The notes under the pieces: generated by a model
Told to the model about the DNA's origin: nothing
Databases searched by the model: none
The model's input: the letters and a program-made list of their open reading frames with translations, nothing else
In this document: positions 11,243-19,956 of the stretch, one piece after another
How the letters are laid out: each line of letters starts with the position of its first letter
Numbering within the stretch: position 1 is the first letter of the stretch
Translations under genes and position numbers: made by a program
Source: Pedosphaera sp.
GTDB taxonomy: Bacteria; Verrucomicrobiota; Verrucomicrobiia; Limisphaerales; SIBH01
Length of the DNA stretch: 25,895 bases
NCBI GenBank assembly: GCA_031414955.1
Contig: JANOQV010000225.1
Span: 1 to 25,895, forward strand
Direction: 5' to 3'

Positions 11243-11298
11243 GTCGGGACCGCGTGGACAACGCCGTTCGCTGCCGCGCATGGTTGAGCGCTTCCCGT

Positions 11299-12138
11299 TC
11301 ATTTGGATGGGGATGCTTCGACATGCTTTTCCTGGGGCTGAATCTTCCGCAGTTTGTAGTGAAACCTCTTGATCTTCACAAAAGGTTTCCCGCCATCAAC
11401 CGGTTCGTCGGCCATGGTGAGCGTCCCGTCCTCGATCTTGAAGACGGCGGGGACCATGTCGCCGATCGCCATCGGGGACATTTGCTTCGCTACCGGCGGA
11501 ACGCTGGTGAGGCTGGCGTGGAGCTGCTGAGGGTTGGTCCCCGTCGGCAGGGTAAAGGTGGCGTCAAACACATCGTTTCCGTTGGTGCCTGTGCCTTGAT
11601 AGTGGAGTGAATTGCCGGTTATCGTGATGGTCAATTTGCCGCGCGACTCATAGCCCACTTCGACTCCCTCCCAGGTTCCCTGGAGACGTTCCAGTTCTCC
11701 AACCTTCCGGAGTTTGTGGTGAAACATCGAAGGCTCTTCAAAGGCTTTCGAGTCCTTCTGCGGTTCCGAGGCCAGGGTGAGCGTCCCGCCCTCAATCTTG
11801 AAGATGGCGACGACCACCTTGCCCTTGGAATCCTCCGGTGGCGAAGAACTTCTGATGGTGGCGTGGAGCTGTTGCGGGCCGGGGCCGGCCGGTAGGGTGA
11901 ATTTCGTCTTAAACCAAAAGTTCGAGTCTCGGTGGAAGTGGAGTGAATTGCCGGTGATCGTGACGGTGGCTTTTTCGCCCGCCTTGACCTCCTCCCATGT
12001 ACCCTGGAGCGGTTGCAGTTGAGCCGCGGCGGGTCGGTGGGTGGTGCAACCGGTTTGCAGGGCAAGGGCCATTCCCACGGCCAAACATCCAACGGTCCTG
12101 TTGAGATCATCCATCGCCGATGAGATACGATTTTTCAT
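11299..12138 (-). CDS. Putative lipoprotein with two tandem TIGR03067-like (lipocalin-like, LQGTW) domains
   Basis: Signal/lipobox-like LAVGMALALQTGC, then two copies of LQGTWE..TITGNSLH..FTLP..PQQLHA..A(I/V)FKIE.GTLT(L/M)A. Start is 12138 or 12114. Confidence 0.75.
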   Translation of the reverse strand: MKNRISSAMDDLNRTVGCLAVGMALALQTGCTTHRPAAAQLQPLQGTWEEVKAGEKATVTITGNSLHFHRDSNFWFKTKFTLPAGPGPQQLHATIRSSSPPEDSKGKVVVAIFKIEGGTLTLASEPQKDSKAFEEPSMFHHKLRKVGELERLQGTWEGVEVGYESRGKLTITITGNSLHYQGTGTNGNDVFDATFTLPTGTNPQQLHASLTSVPPVAKQMSPMAIGDMVPAVFKIEDGTLTMADEPVDGGKPFVKIKRFHYKLRKIQPQEKHVEASPSK

Positions 12139-12232
12139 GCGCAGAGATTGACGGGGTTGAATCCGAAACGTGTCAGAAACTCGTAAATTGATTGTCTGAG
12201 GAATGTGCGCATCGCTCGGGGTGCCGGGTGGC

Positions 12233-12436
12233 TCAATCCTTCTCCAGCACGACCAAGGCATAGACATCCGTGGACGCTCCCACGGCGACCGACGGACTGC
12301 TCGTCGGCGACATCTGCACCACCCGCCAGCCTTGGGCCAGCAGCGCGTTAATCTCCGGCAGGTTGTGCGCCTCCTTCTGTCCAAACACTCCGCCATGCGA
12401 AACCCGGAACAGCACGATCTGTTGTTGTTGAGCCAT
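12233..12436 (-). CDS. Small hypothetical protein (67 aa), DUF4177-like
   Basis: MAQQQQIVLFRV..EINALLAQGWRVVQ..YALVVLEKD. The N..L.QGW.VV motif plus a terminal beta-strand resembles DUF4177-type proteins. Confidence 0.6.
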   Translation of the reverse strand: MAQQQQIVLFRVSHGGVFGQKEAHNLPEINALLAQGWRVVQMSPTSSPSVAVGASTDVYALVVLEKD

Positions 12437-12661
12437 GACCAAATCGTCGCCACGCGGAGCCAGGCGCACAAATACAAAAGCAGGGCGCGCGTGGACAATG
12501 GCTGGGGCGACCGCAACTTGGTGTGCCCGTACGTGGTTATGGAAGACGAATAATTTCGACGTTGCCCGACACGGTGACATCAAATCTGCGTACGTCCCGC
12601 AACTTGTATCCCGGTCCCGATTGCTTTGGTTCCGTCGCACTGAAAACAGTTCGCCGACTTG

Positions 12662-13026
12662 GGAAAGTATCTGGTGGACTTCTGGCATGTCAGGGCATAC
12701 CTCGGCGCGGCGGCGGCGCCAACAAGGGCGGCTCTTGGAAAATACAGTGGACGGAGTGCTGCGCGCCCTCGTCGCGCACCTGGAACCGGAGACCCAAGCC
12801 GAGGCCCCCGTGCGCGCGGCCGGCTTGCCCATCGGCTCGGGCGAAATCGAAAGCGGCCATCGGCACGTTATTCAGCAACGGCTCAAACTGGCGGGAGGCT
12901 GGTGGAAGCAAAACAATGCCGAGGCCATGCTGGGTTTGCGTGCGGCCCGCGCCCATCAACGCTGGAACTCTTACTAGACCCAGCCTCAACTCAGTAAAAA
13001 CTGACCGCCACTTCCAATCGCACTCT
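12662..13026 (+). pseudogene. Degenerate ISKra4/UPF0236-like transposase 3' remnant with probable right end
   Basis: YLVDFWHV..YL in one frame; EAPVRA..GLPIGSGEIESGHRHVIQQRLKLAGGWW..NAEAML.LR..RWNSY* in another. Shows a frameshift, apparent internal deletions, TAG where Trp is expected, and a possible end CCACTTCCAATCGCACTC. Confidence 0.8.
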
Positions 13027-13104
13027 CTGACCCAGGGCAGACGCATCAAAATGTTTGGTTCCACGGGCTAAAACCCAAAATCCAATGGGAGTGCGAATGC
13101 CTAG

Positions 13105-13162
13105 TTTTGGAATTTGGGTCGTTGGAATTTATTTGGGGTTTGGGATTTGGGATTTGGGATTT
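13105..13162. repeat. Heptamer tandem repeat (TTGGGAT)n with degenerate units
   Basis: TTGGAAT TTGGGTC g TTGGAAT ttat TTGGGGT TTGGGAT TTGGGAT TTGGGAT. An inverted partial copy AAAACCCAAAATCCAA lies at about 13070-13085. Confidence 0.9.
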
Positions 13163-13330
13163 CGTGCGAAACACCGCGAAATTCGATGCGTCTGCCCTGC
13201 TCCCTGACCAAGCGCCGCTTGACCCCCGAGGCGCGTCTGCCATCTTCTCCCCAGCCCATGAAGACCAAACGACTGCGTGCCAAGAAACATTGCGGATCAT
13301 CGGGGCGCTGCGGCTGATTCCGGCCACCCA

Positions 13331-15532
13331 GTGAGCCTGCCCCGTCATACCACGGTCGCCGTCATCGGAGCAGGCCCCGCCGGTTTGGCGCTGGGGGCTG
13401 AATTGCACCGCCGCCAGGTTGACTTCATCATTTTGGAAAAGGGTTCCGTGGGTGATTCATGGAGTCGGATGCCAAACCAACTCAAGCTCGTCAGCCCATG
13501 GAAAACAAACTGGCTGACCCGGGGCACGGCCCATCGATTCGCACCCCACGCTCAACTGACCCGGGCCGAGTTCCTCGATTACCTGCGCGCGTTTGCGGTT
13601 GAACACGAGTTGCCGGTGGTGAGGAGCTGTGAAATTTCGTCCGTGGAACGGAGCGGTGAAGGATTTGATATCCGCACCTCGCAGGGGAACTGCCGGGCCG
13701 GCCTCGTGGTGAATGCGACCGGTTATTTCTCGAACCCATGCTTGCCGCGCCTACCAGGCGACGAGCGCACCAGCATCAGTCGCCTCCACTACGCCAACTT
13801 CGGGGATGCGCAAAAGATCGCGGCGCTGGCCGGGCCGGATGCTCTGGTCCTCATCGTCGGCCAACGGCTCTCAGCCGGTCAGGCCGCGTTGGCCCTCTTC
13901 GACGCGGGCTTGCGCGTGGCCATTTCCCATCGGGCGCCGATCCGATTCGGCGTCGATGACTGGCTGTGGCCGTTGGTCTATCGCACCTTCGACCTGGCCG
14001 AAGTGGTGCGCCTGAGATTTCCCGGTCGCAATGCCGGCCAACTCGACGTGCCCATGCCGGGTGGCCGCGTGCGGAAGTTGATCCAATCGGGCGCGATTCA
14101 AACCGTGCCCGCTCTGGCTCGATTCGAGCCGGACTCCGTGGTGCTGGAGGATGGCTCCACGCTTGCGCCGCAGGTGGTTCTCTACGCGACCGGCTTTGCC
14201 CCCAGCCTCAGTTACCTTCGTCCGCTGGCCCTCGAGGCGTGCCCGGTTACGGGCGTGCCGCTGACGCGCAACATGGAGAGCATCGCCGTCCCGAATCTTT
14301 TCTTCCTTGGCTTCGAGATGCTGCGCAATTTTCAGAGCCGCTTTCTGCGCGGCCTGCGCAACGATGCCGTCGTGCTGGCGGCTGAAATCGAGAGACGCGT
14401 TCCTCAAGCGCCCGGCGCCCGACGGCCGGCTTCCCTCGCCTCTCAACGGAGAGAGGGATTGAGGGTGAGGGGTGCTGCCGCCCATGCGTTCGCCTCCCAA
14501 ATGACAACGGTCCGCAGCCCAACTCCTCAGCCCGACCCTCTCCCCGTGGAGGGGCGAGGGAGAGAAGCCGCGCGGCGACTCTCATCCGGGCTGCGCCTCA
14601 TCCTCTACTACCTGCGCGTGCCCATCACCTGGACCGCGCTCACGCTGCACAACTCGTGGGGTATCCTCAACGTGCTCGACCTCATCTGGCTGCGACCCAT
14701 GCGCGGCGGACTGATTGATGAACATCATCCCTTCTGCACTGGCATCGATCCGGCCACGGGCGAATCCATCTGGTTGCGCAACGTCGTGTTCAAGTCGCCA
14801 CGCCGGGAGCGCTGGCCGGATTCGCCGCTCGCTCCCGATCCGGACGACGAAATCATTCGCAAAGTCGGCGACCATCTGTGCAAACAGGTGCTCATGGCCG
14901 CGCGTAGCGAGGGACATCCCCACGGCCACGCCGCGCCCATGCCACCGGGCATCCTCTACATTCACGGAGCCGTTCACTTCAACGGCGTGTGGCTGCTCTT
15001 CAACGATTTCCCCGACGCCATCCGGCACTTCTCCGATCCCAAGTTCGCCGCCGAATTCCAGCGCCTCGTGCGCGAGGAACAGCGCGAGCCGGTGACGCTC
15101 TTTCGCGACCGCGATTATGACCGGACCGAGTTCGCGCGCTTCGTCTGTTTCCTGCGCACGCTCTTTCCGTGGTTCTCGAACTGCAACGGGCCGAAGAAGT
15201 TCGTGCTCTGGGGAAATCCCTCCCCCTACCCTGCCGTGAACACCATTACCGGCCACTGGATCCGAGAGACGCGCGCGTTAAAGACGGAACACGGTCGGGC
15301 CTCCGTCGCCCGCCCGCCGGTGGCGCGGAAGTATTTTCCAGACGCGGCCTATTTCGGCGAACGCGCGACCACGCGCTTGCCGGAGAACCTCCTCGCCTTC
15401 CTGACCAGCAAGCGCATTGCCCTGCGTGGTGAACGTGAAAATCTCTACTTCGTGGACAAGCGCAAGCTGCGGCGCGGCCTCCGCTTCGGGCCGGAACCAA
15501 TGCCCAGTCTGTGGCGGCGGATGCGGCGGTGA
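13331..15532 (+). CDS. FAD/NAD(P)-dependent oxidoreductase (flavin monooxygenase-like) fused to an unknown ~310-aa C-terminal domain
   Basis: VAVIGAGPAGL, ILEKGSVGDSW, VNATGYF, degenerate second Rossmann motif IVGQRLSAG, LYATGF and NLFFLG; then a repeat-derived linker and a separate GC3-rich domain. GTG 13331 chosen as start (the ORF caller gives 13277). Confidence 0.8.
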   Translation: MSLPRHTTVAVIGAGPAGLALGAELHRRQVDFIILEKGSVGDSWSRMPNQLKLVSPWKTNWLTRGTAHRFAPHAQLTRAEFLDYLRAFAVEHELPVVRSCEISSVERSGEGFDIRTSQGNCRAGLVVNATGYFSNPCLPRLPGDERTSISRLHYANFGDAQKIAALAGPDALVLIVGQRLSAGQAALALFDAGLRVAISHRAPIRFGVDDWLWPLVYRTFDLAEVVRLRFPGRNAGQLDVPMPGGRVRKLIQSGAIQTVPALARFEPDSVVLEDGSTLAPQVVLYATGFAPSLSYLRPLALEACPVTGVPLTRNMESIAVPNLFFLGFEMLRNFQSRFLRGLRNDAVVLAAEIERRVPQAPGARRPASLASQRREGLRVRGAAAHAFASQMTTVRSPTPQPDPLPVEGRGREAARRLSSGLRLILYYLRVPITWTALTLHNSWGILNVLDLIWLRPMRGGLIDEHHPFCTGIDPATGESIWLRNVVFKSPRRERWPDSPLAPDPDDEIIRKVGDHLCKQVLMAARSEGHPHGHAAPMPPGILYIHGAVHFNGVWLLFNDFPDAIRHFSDPKFAAEFQRLVREEQREPVTLFRDRDYDRTEFARFVCFLRTLFPWFSNCNGPKKFVLWGNPSPYPAVNTITGHWIRETRALKTEHGRASVARPPVARKYFPDAAYFGERATTRLPENLLAFLTSKRIALRGERENLYFVDKRKLRRGLRFGPEPMPSLWRRMRR
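14426..14570. repeat. Palindromic CCCTCTCCCC/GGGAGAGGG double-hairpin repeat, in frame inside a CDS
   Basis: Arm TCCCTCGCCTCTCAACGGAGAGAGGGATTGAGGGTGAGGGG (about 14432-14472) is an imperfect inverted copy of CTCCTCAGCCCGACCCTCTCCCCGTGGAGGGGCGAGGGAGA (14523-14563). Confidence 0.85.
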
Positions 15533-15789
15533 GGGCGGGGTTGTTTCATTCAACGACCACGCCTCCGTCGCGCGGCGCAGACGTTCGGGCAGCAAAGTCG
15601 TGCTTTGTCTCCATTCCACGATTCGTCGCTCCGTGCTGTCCCGTGCTCGCCACCCCACTCGATCCAAAACAAAACCCGCGCTGCTCTGAACCAACCGCCC
15701 CAAATGACCATTCCTATGTCGAAAACTACGCGGCATGAATTCTCTCACTCCTTGCTGCCACCTGCGGGTGCGAGTAACTTCGTTCGGCC

Positions 15790-18700
15790 ATGAATCCATC
15801 TCCAGCCATCGTCCGGCGGCTCGGTGCATGTGTGCTGCTCGCGCTCGGGCTTTTGCATCCTCCAAGCTGGGCCGGGGCTGCGGTGCCAGTCATTGAGTGG
15901 AGCGCACGCGCCTACGCGGTGGCGGAAAACGCCGGCACAGTTGCGGTGCGCGTCGCGCGCAGCGGGGAACTTTCGGGAACCAGTGTCGTTTCCTTTGCCA
16001 GCACCAATGGCACGGCGGTAGAAGGCGTGGATTACACTGGCGTGGCTGGCACTCTCACTTTCAACCCTGGCGAGACGAACCAGACCGTGAGCGTTCCCTT
16101 GCTGGACAATGCGGCACCGCAGGCGGGCCGGTTCTTCAACCTCTTCCTCTTCAATCCATCCAACTCCGTGCCCGGCCTGCAAAGCAACGCGACCGTCACG
16201 ATCCTCGATGATCAAACCTCCGCCGTGCTCGACGCGTGGTTTGACCCCGGACTGGGCGCGAACAAGGACATCTTTGCGCTGGGGTTGATGGCGGATGGCC
16301 GCATCCTCGTCGGCGGGCAGTTTACCAAATGGAACAACATCACCGGCCTGGCGAACTTCACCGTCTTGCAGCCGGATGGCGCGCTCGACCCGGCCTTTGC
16401 CGGGACAGCCAGTGTGCCGGACTCGACCGTCTATGCCGTAGCCACAACCGCCGACGGCGGTATTTTCATCGGTGGCGACTTCACTTCGGTCGGCGGAATC
16501 GCACGCTCCTACTTCGCGCGCGTGAAGCCGGGCGGCGGGACCGACACAAACTTTATTCCGGCCGCCATCAACAACGGCCTGCGCGCCATCAACGTCCAGC
16601 CGGATGGGAAGATTTTGATTGCCGGACGTTTCACGCAAGTCGGCGGCCAACCGCGCAACCGCGTGGCGCGGCTCAACGCCGACGGTTCCCTTGATCTGAC
16701 CTTCGCGCCTGCCAGCGGTGCGGATAATGCCATCCGTGGCATGGCCTTGCAGCCGGATGGCCGCGTGCTCATAGGTGGGCAGTTCACGAACTTCGATGGA
16801 GTAACACGCACCCGCCTCGCCCGCCTGCTGACCAACGGCACGCTCGACACGGCCTTCGATCCCGGCACGGGCGCGGACAAGCAGGTGCGCTCGGTCGCCG
16901 TGCAGGAGGATGGGAAAATTCTGATCGGCGGCGAATTTGAAAATTACAACGGCGCGCTCCGCTCCTGCGTGGCGCGGCTCTTCTCCGACGGCGCGCTCGA
17001 TCCGGGTTTTGATGCCGGCCCGTCCACCAACGACCAGATTCGCGTGGTCGCGCCCGCGCCGGACGGCAAGGTCTGGATTGGCGGCAACTTTTCCTTCGCG
17101 GGCGGGGCGCCCCGTTCCTATCTCGCGCTGCTCGGTACGAACGGCCTGGCCGATCCGTTCAGCGCCGACGCGGGCTTTGAAGTGGACACCATTCTCACGC
17201 AACCGGATGAGCAGACTTTGGTAGCGGGCGATTTCGGCAGCATCATCGGTCGCGCCACCCCGCGCATCGCGCGACTGAACACCGGACCATCCGTACCGCG
17301 CATTCAACTGGCAGCCGGTGATGTCTTGGCCGACGAGCGGGCGGGCCAGGTCGCCGTGACGGTGATGCGGCGCGGTGATTACACCCCAATCGCTCAGGTG
17401 AATTTTATCACACGCTATGGCTCGGCCACGGCGGGCGCGGATTATCATTCGGTGACAGGTGAGGTCATCTTCGCTTCCCAGGAAACAGCGAAGCTGGTCA
17501 GCGTTCTCATCATCAACGACAGCCTGCCGGAGCCGGATGAAACATTCTCGCTGGCTCTCACCAATCCCGCGCCGACCGCCGTGCTGGTCGGGACCACCGA
17601 CGCAACGATCACGATTCAGAGTGATGATACTGGCTTCGAGTTCGCCGCAGGGGCTTTTGCCACCAGCGAGCCGGAGGGTGTCGCCACGATCACGGTTTGG
17701 AGGGGCGGCACCGGGAGCGGCATAGTTTCCGTGGATTTTGCCGTGCTGTCCGGCACCGCGCTGGCGGGCGCGGATTTTGTTTCGACCAATGGCACGCTGA
17801 TTTTTCAACCGGGCGAGACGCAGAAGACATTTGGCCTGATCATCCTGGCGGACGCATTGACCGAAGGCTCCGAGACCGCGCTCCTTTCCCTCACCAACGC
17901 CAGCGCCGCTGCGGTACTCGGAGAGAGGCGCAACGCCACGTTTACCATTGATGACGTGGACAGCACGTTTGACTGGTACTACGCGATATCTGCTGACACC
18001 GAGGCTGGCGCTGCCGTTTGGGGCCGCATCATTCGCACGGGCAACATGCACCTCGCCGCGACCGTCGATTGGTTCACGGTGGACGGCACCGCGACTAGCG
18101 GGTTGGATTACCTTGGGGACGGTGGCACGGTGACTTTCAGGCCGGGTGAAGGATACGAGTTTGCGGAATTCCTGTTCCTTGGAGTGGTTGTGCTCAACGA
18201 CGGGCTCGTGGAGGGCGATGAGAACCTGTCTTTCCGGTTAAGCAATCCGAGCCCCGGCTCAAGACTTGGTCCGGCCACAAACGTCATTGCGAACATTGTA
18301 GACAATGATGGGGGACTTGGGTTCACCACCACAAATCTCGTCGTCAGCGAAAGATCTCCGTCGGTGAGGCTGACCGTTCGCCGCTTCGATGATGGCTCCG
18401 GCCCGTTAAGCGTGGAGTATTTCACGAGCGACGGAACGGCTATGACCGGGCGGAACTATGGCATGCGAAGCGGCGTCTTGAATTTTCCGACTTCCCTGGC
18501 GACGAACACGATCACCATTCCTTTGCTCGACGAATGCGGACTGACGAACGGCCGTGTGTTCTCGGTGCGGCTGCGGAATCCATCAGCGGGCGCGGCGCTG
18601 GGTTCAAATTACATCGCCGTCGTGACAATTGAGGGAAACGATCGTGCTGGTCGCCGCGATCGCAGCGTGATGGAGACGCCGCCCTCGCCGAGTGCAAGGT

Positions 18701-19956
18701 ACTTTGGAACGATTGCCATGTTACCCGACGATCAGTTCTTGTGGGTCGCATTCGGTAACTTGCAGCAGCTGTCATCGGACGGCTCGCTCGACTCCACTTT
18801 TATTCCCGGACTGCCGTTCAGCAGCCCTGGCCCTGCCGTGGCCGTTCTGCGGAACGGTGGAATCCTCGCCAGCGGAGCGGCTTATTTGATTGGACAAATT
18901 TCGATTGGTTGGACGCGCCTGCTTCGGCCGTCGGGAGATTGGGACACAAGTTTCCAGCCACCCTCCGAGTTCAATACCCTGCTCCCAGGAATTGGCGTTC
19001 GCGGAGTTACATGCATCCTTGAACAACCGGATGGCTGTATCCTTATGGCGCGCGATTCGTATTCTGAATACCCGACCGTGCATCCCGGTATCAGACGACT
19101 TCTCGCTAACGGCACTTTAGACCCGGGCTTTGCGCCAGGCACCGGCGCACTTTTTGACTCTCCTCGCGCGGGCGTTCAAACAGTGGCCTTGCAACCGGAC
19201 GGCAAGATTTTATTGGGCGGCTTGTTCACCAATTTCAGCGGCGTTCCCTGCGACGGAATGATTCGGCTTCAGACGAACGGCCAAGTGGACGTCTCATTCA
19301 ATGCCGGTGCCCGATCGACGCACCAACTCGGAACTAATCAATCCGCGGCCAACGTGAGCCTGATTGGTCTTCAACGAGATGGAAGAATTCTGATTGCCGG
19401 CGGCTTCACTGAATACGGTGGTGCGCCCCGCGCTGGCATTGCGCGTCTGGCTCCAGACGGTTCGCTCGATACCACATTTGATCCCGGCGTAATTTCCGGC
19501 GGCGGTATCAGAACTTTTGTCGTGCAGCAAAACGGAAGAATCGTCATCGGCGGCACCTTTCTCAGCGTGCAGGGGCAATTGCGGTACGGACTGGCCCGGC
19601 TGAACCTAGACGGCTCGCTCGATTCCTCCTTCGATCCTGCGCCCGAGCAATACGACGTGCTGGCGCTGGCGTTGCAAACTGATGGCCGGATTCTAGTCAG
19701 CGATTTCAACACTGGCCTTAGGCGCGTAGAGGGCGATCCGATTCCGCGCGTGCGTGAGTTGTCGCGCACGAATGGCCTCACGCGCCTGAGTCTCGACAGC
19801 CGGCCGGAAAAAATCTACGCGCTGGAAAGCTCCACCAACCTGGTGAACTGGCTGCGGCTTCAGACGAACACGGCGGCCGATTGCGCGCTGGAGTTTATCG
19901 ATGCGCCCGGACTTCTGCACCAGCGCTTCTATCGCGCCGTGGAACTGGCACCGTAG
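15790..19956 (+). CDS. Large secreted protein with five Calx-beta domains, two delta-60 repeat beta-propeller regions and a C-terminal W..RFYR domain
   Basis: Signal peptide ending SWA. Calx-beta motifs V.ENAG..GTA..G.DY...GTLTF.PGET...V.LLD. Repeats QPDG(K/R)ILI(G/A)G.F..RL..DG.LD..F. Confidence 0.92.
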   Translation: MNPSPAIVRRLGACVLLALGLLHPPSWAGAAVPVIEWSARAYAVAENAGTVAVRVARSGELSGTSVVSFASTNGTAVEGVDYTGVAGTLTFNPGETNQTVSVPLLDNAAPQAGRFFNLFLFNPSNSVPGLQSNATVTILDDQTSAVLDAWFDPGLGANKDIFALGLMADGRILVGGQFTKWNNITGLANFTVLQPDGALDPAFAGTASVPDSTVYAVATTADGGIFIGGDFTSVGGIARSYFARVKPGGGTDTNFIPAAINNGLRAINVQPDGKILIAGRFTQVGGQPRNRVARLNADGSLDLTFAPASGADNAIRGMALQPDGRVLIGGQFTNFDGVTRTRLARLLTNGTLDTAFDPGTGADKQVRSVAVQEDGKILIGGEFENYNGALRSCVARLFSDGALDPGFDAGPSTNDQIRVVAPAPDGKVWIGGNFSFAGGAPRSYLALLGTNGLADPFSADAGFEVDTILTQPDEQTLVAGDFGSIIGRATPRIARLNTGPSVPRIQLAAGDVLADERAGQVAVTVMRRGDYTPIAQVNFITRYGSATAGADYHSVTGEVIFASQETAKLVSVLIINDSLPEPDETFSLALTNPAPTAVLVGTTDATITIQSDDTGFEFAAGAFATSEPEGVATITVWRGGTGSGIVSVDFAVLSGTALAGADFVSTNGTLIFQPGETQKTFGLIILADALTEGSETALLSLTNASAAAVLGERRNATFTIDDVDSTFDWYYAISADTEAGAAVWGRIIRTGNMHLAATVDWFTVDGTATSGLDYLGDGGTVTFRPGEGYEFAEFLFLGVVVLNDGLVEGDENLSFRLSNPSPGSRLGPATNVIANIVDNDGGLGFTTTNLVVSERSPSVRLTVRRFDDGSGPLSVEYFTSDGTAMTGRNYGMRSGVLNFPTSLATNTITIPLLDECGLTNGRVFSVRLRNPSAGAALGSNYIAVVTIEGNDRAGRRDRSVMETPPSPSARYFGTIAMLPDDQFLWVAFGNLQQLSSDGSLDSTFIPGLPFSSPGPAVAVLRNGGILASGAAYLIGQISIGWTRLLRPSGDWDTSFQPPSEFNTLLPGIGVRGVTCILEQPDGCILMARDSYSEYPTVHPGIRRLLANGTLDPGFAPGTGALFDSPRAGVQTVALQPDGKILLGGLFTNFSGVPCDGMIRLQTNGQVDVSFNAGARSTHQLGTNQSAANVSLIGLQRDGRILIAGGFTEYGGAPRAGIARLAPDGSLDTTFDPGVISGGGIRTFVVQQNGRIVIGGTFLSVQGQLRYGLARLNLDGSLDSSFDPAPEQYDVLALALQTDGRILVSDFNTGLRRVEGDPIPRVRELSRTNGLTRLSLDSRPEKIYALESSTNLVNWLRLQTNTAADCALEFIDAPGLLHQRFYRAVELAP

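Noticed and set aside
12139..12516. N-terminal 126-aa extension of the 405-aa minus-strand ORF
   Set aside because: It overlaps the more plausible 67-aa gene in another frame and would bury the signal peptide.
13107..13334. 75-aa ORF starting in the heptamer repeat
   Set aside because: The N-terminal half is translated repeat. The 3' half could be a gene remnant but no family is recognisable.
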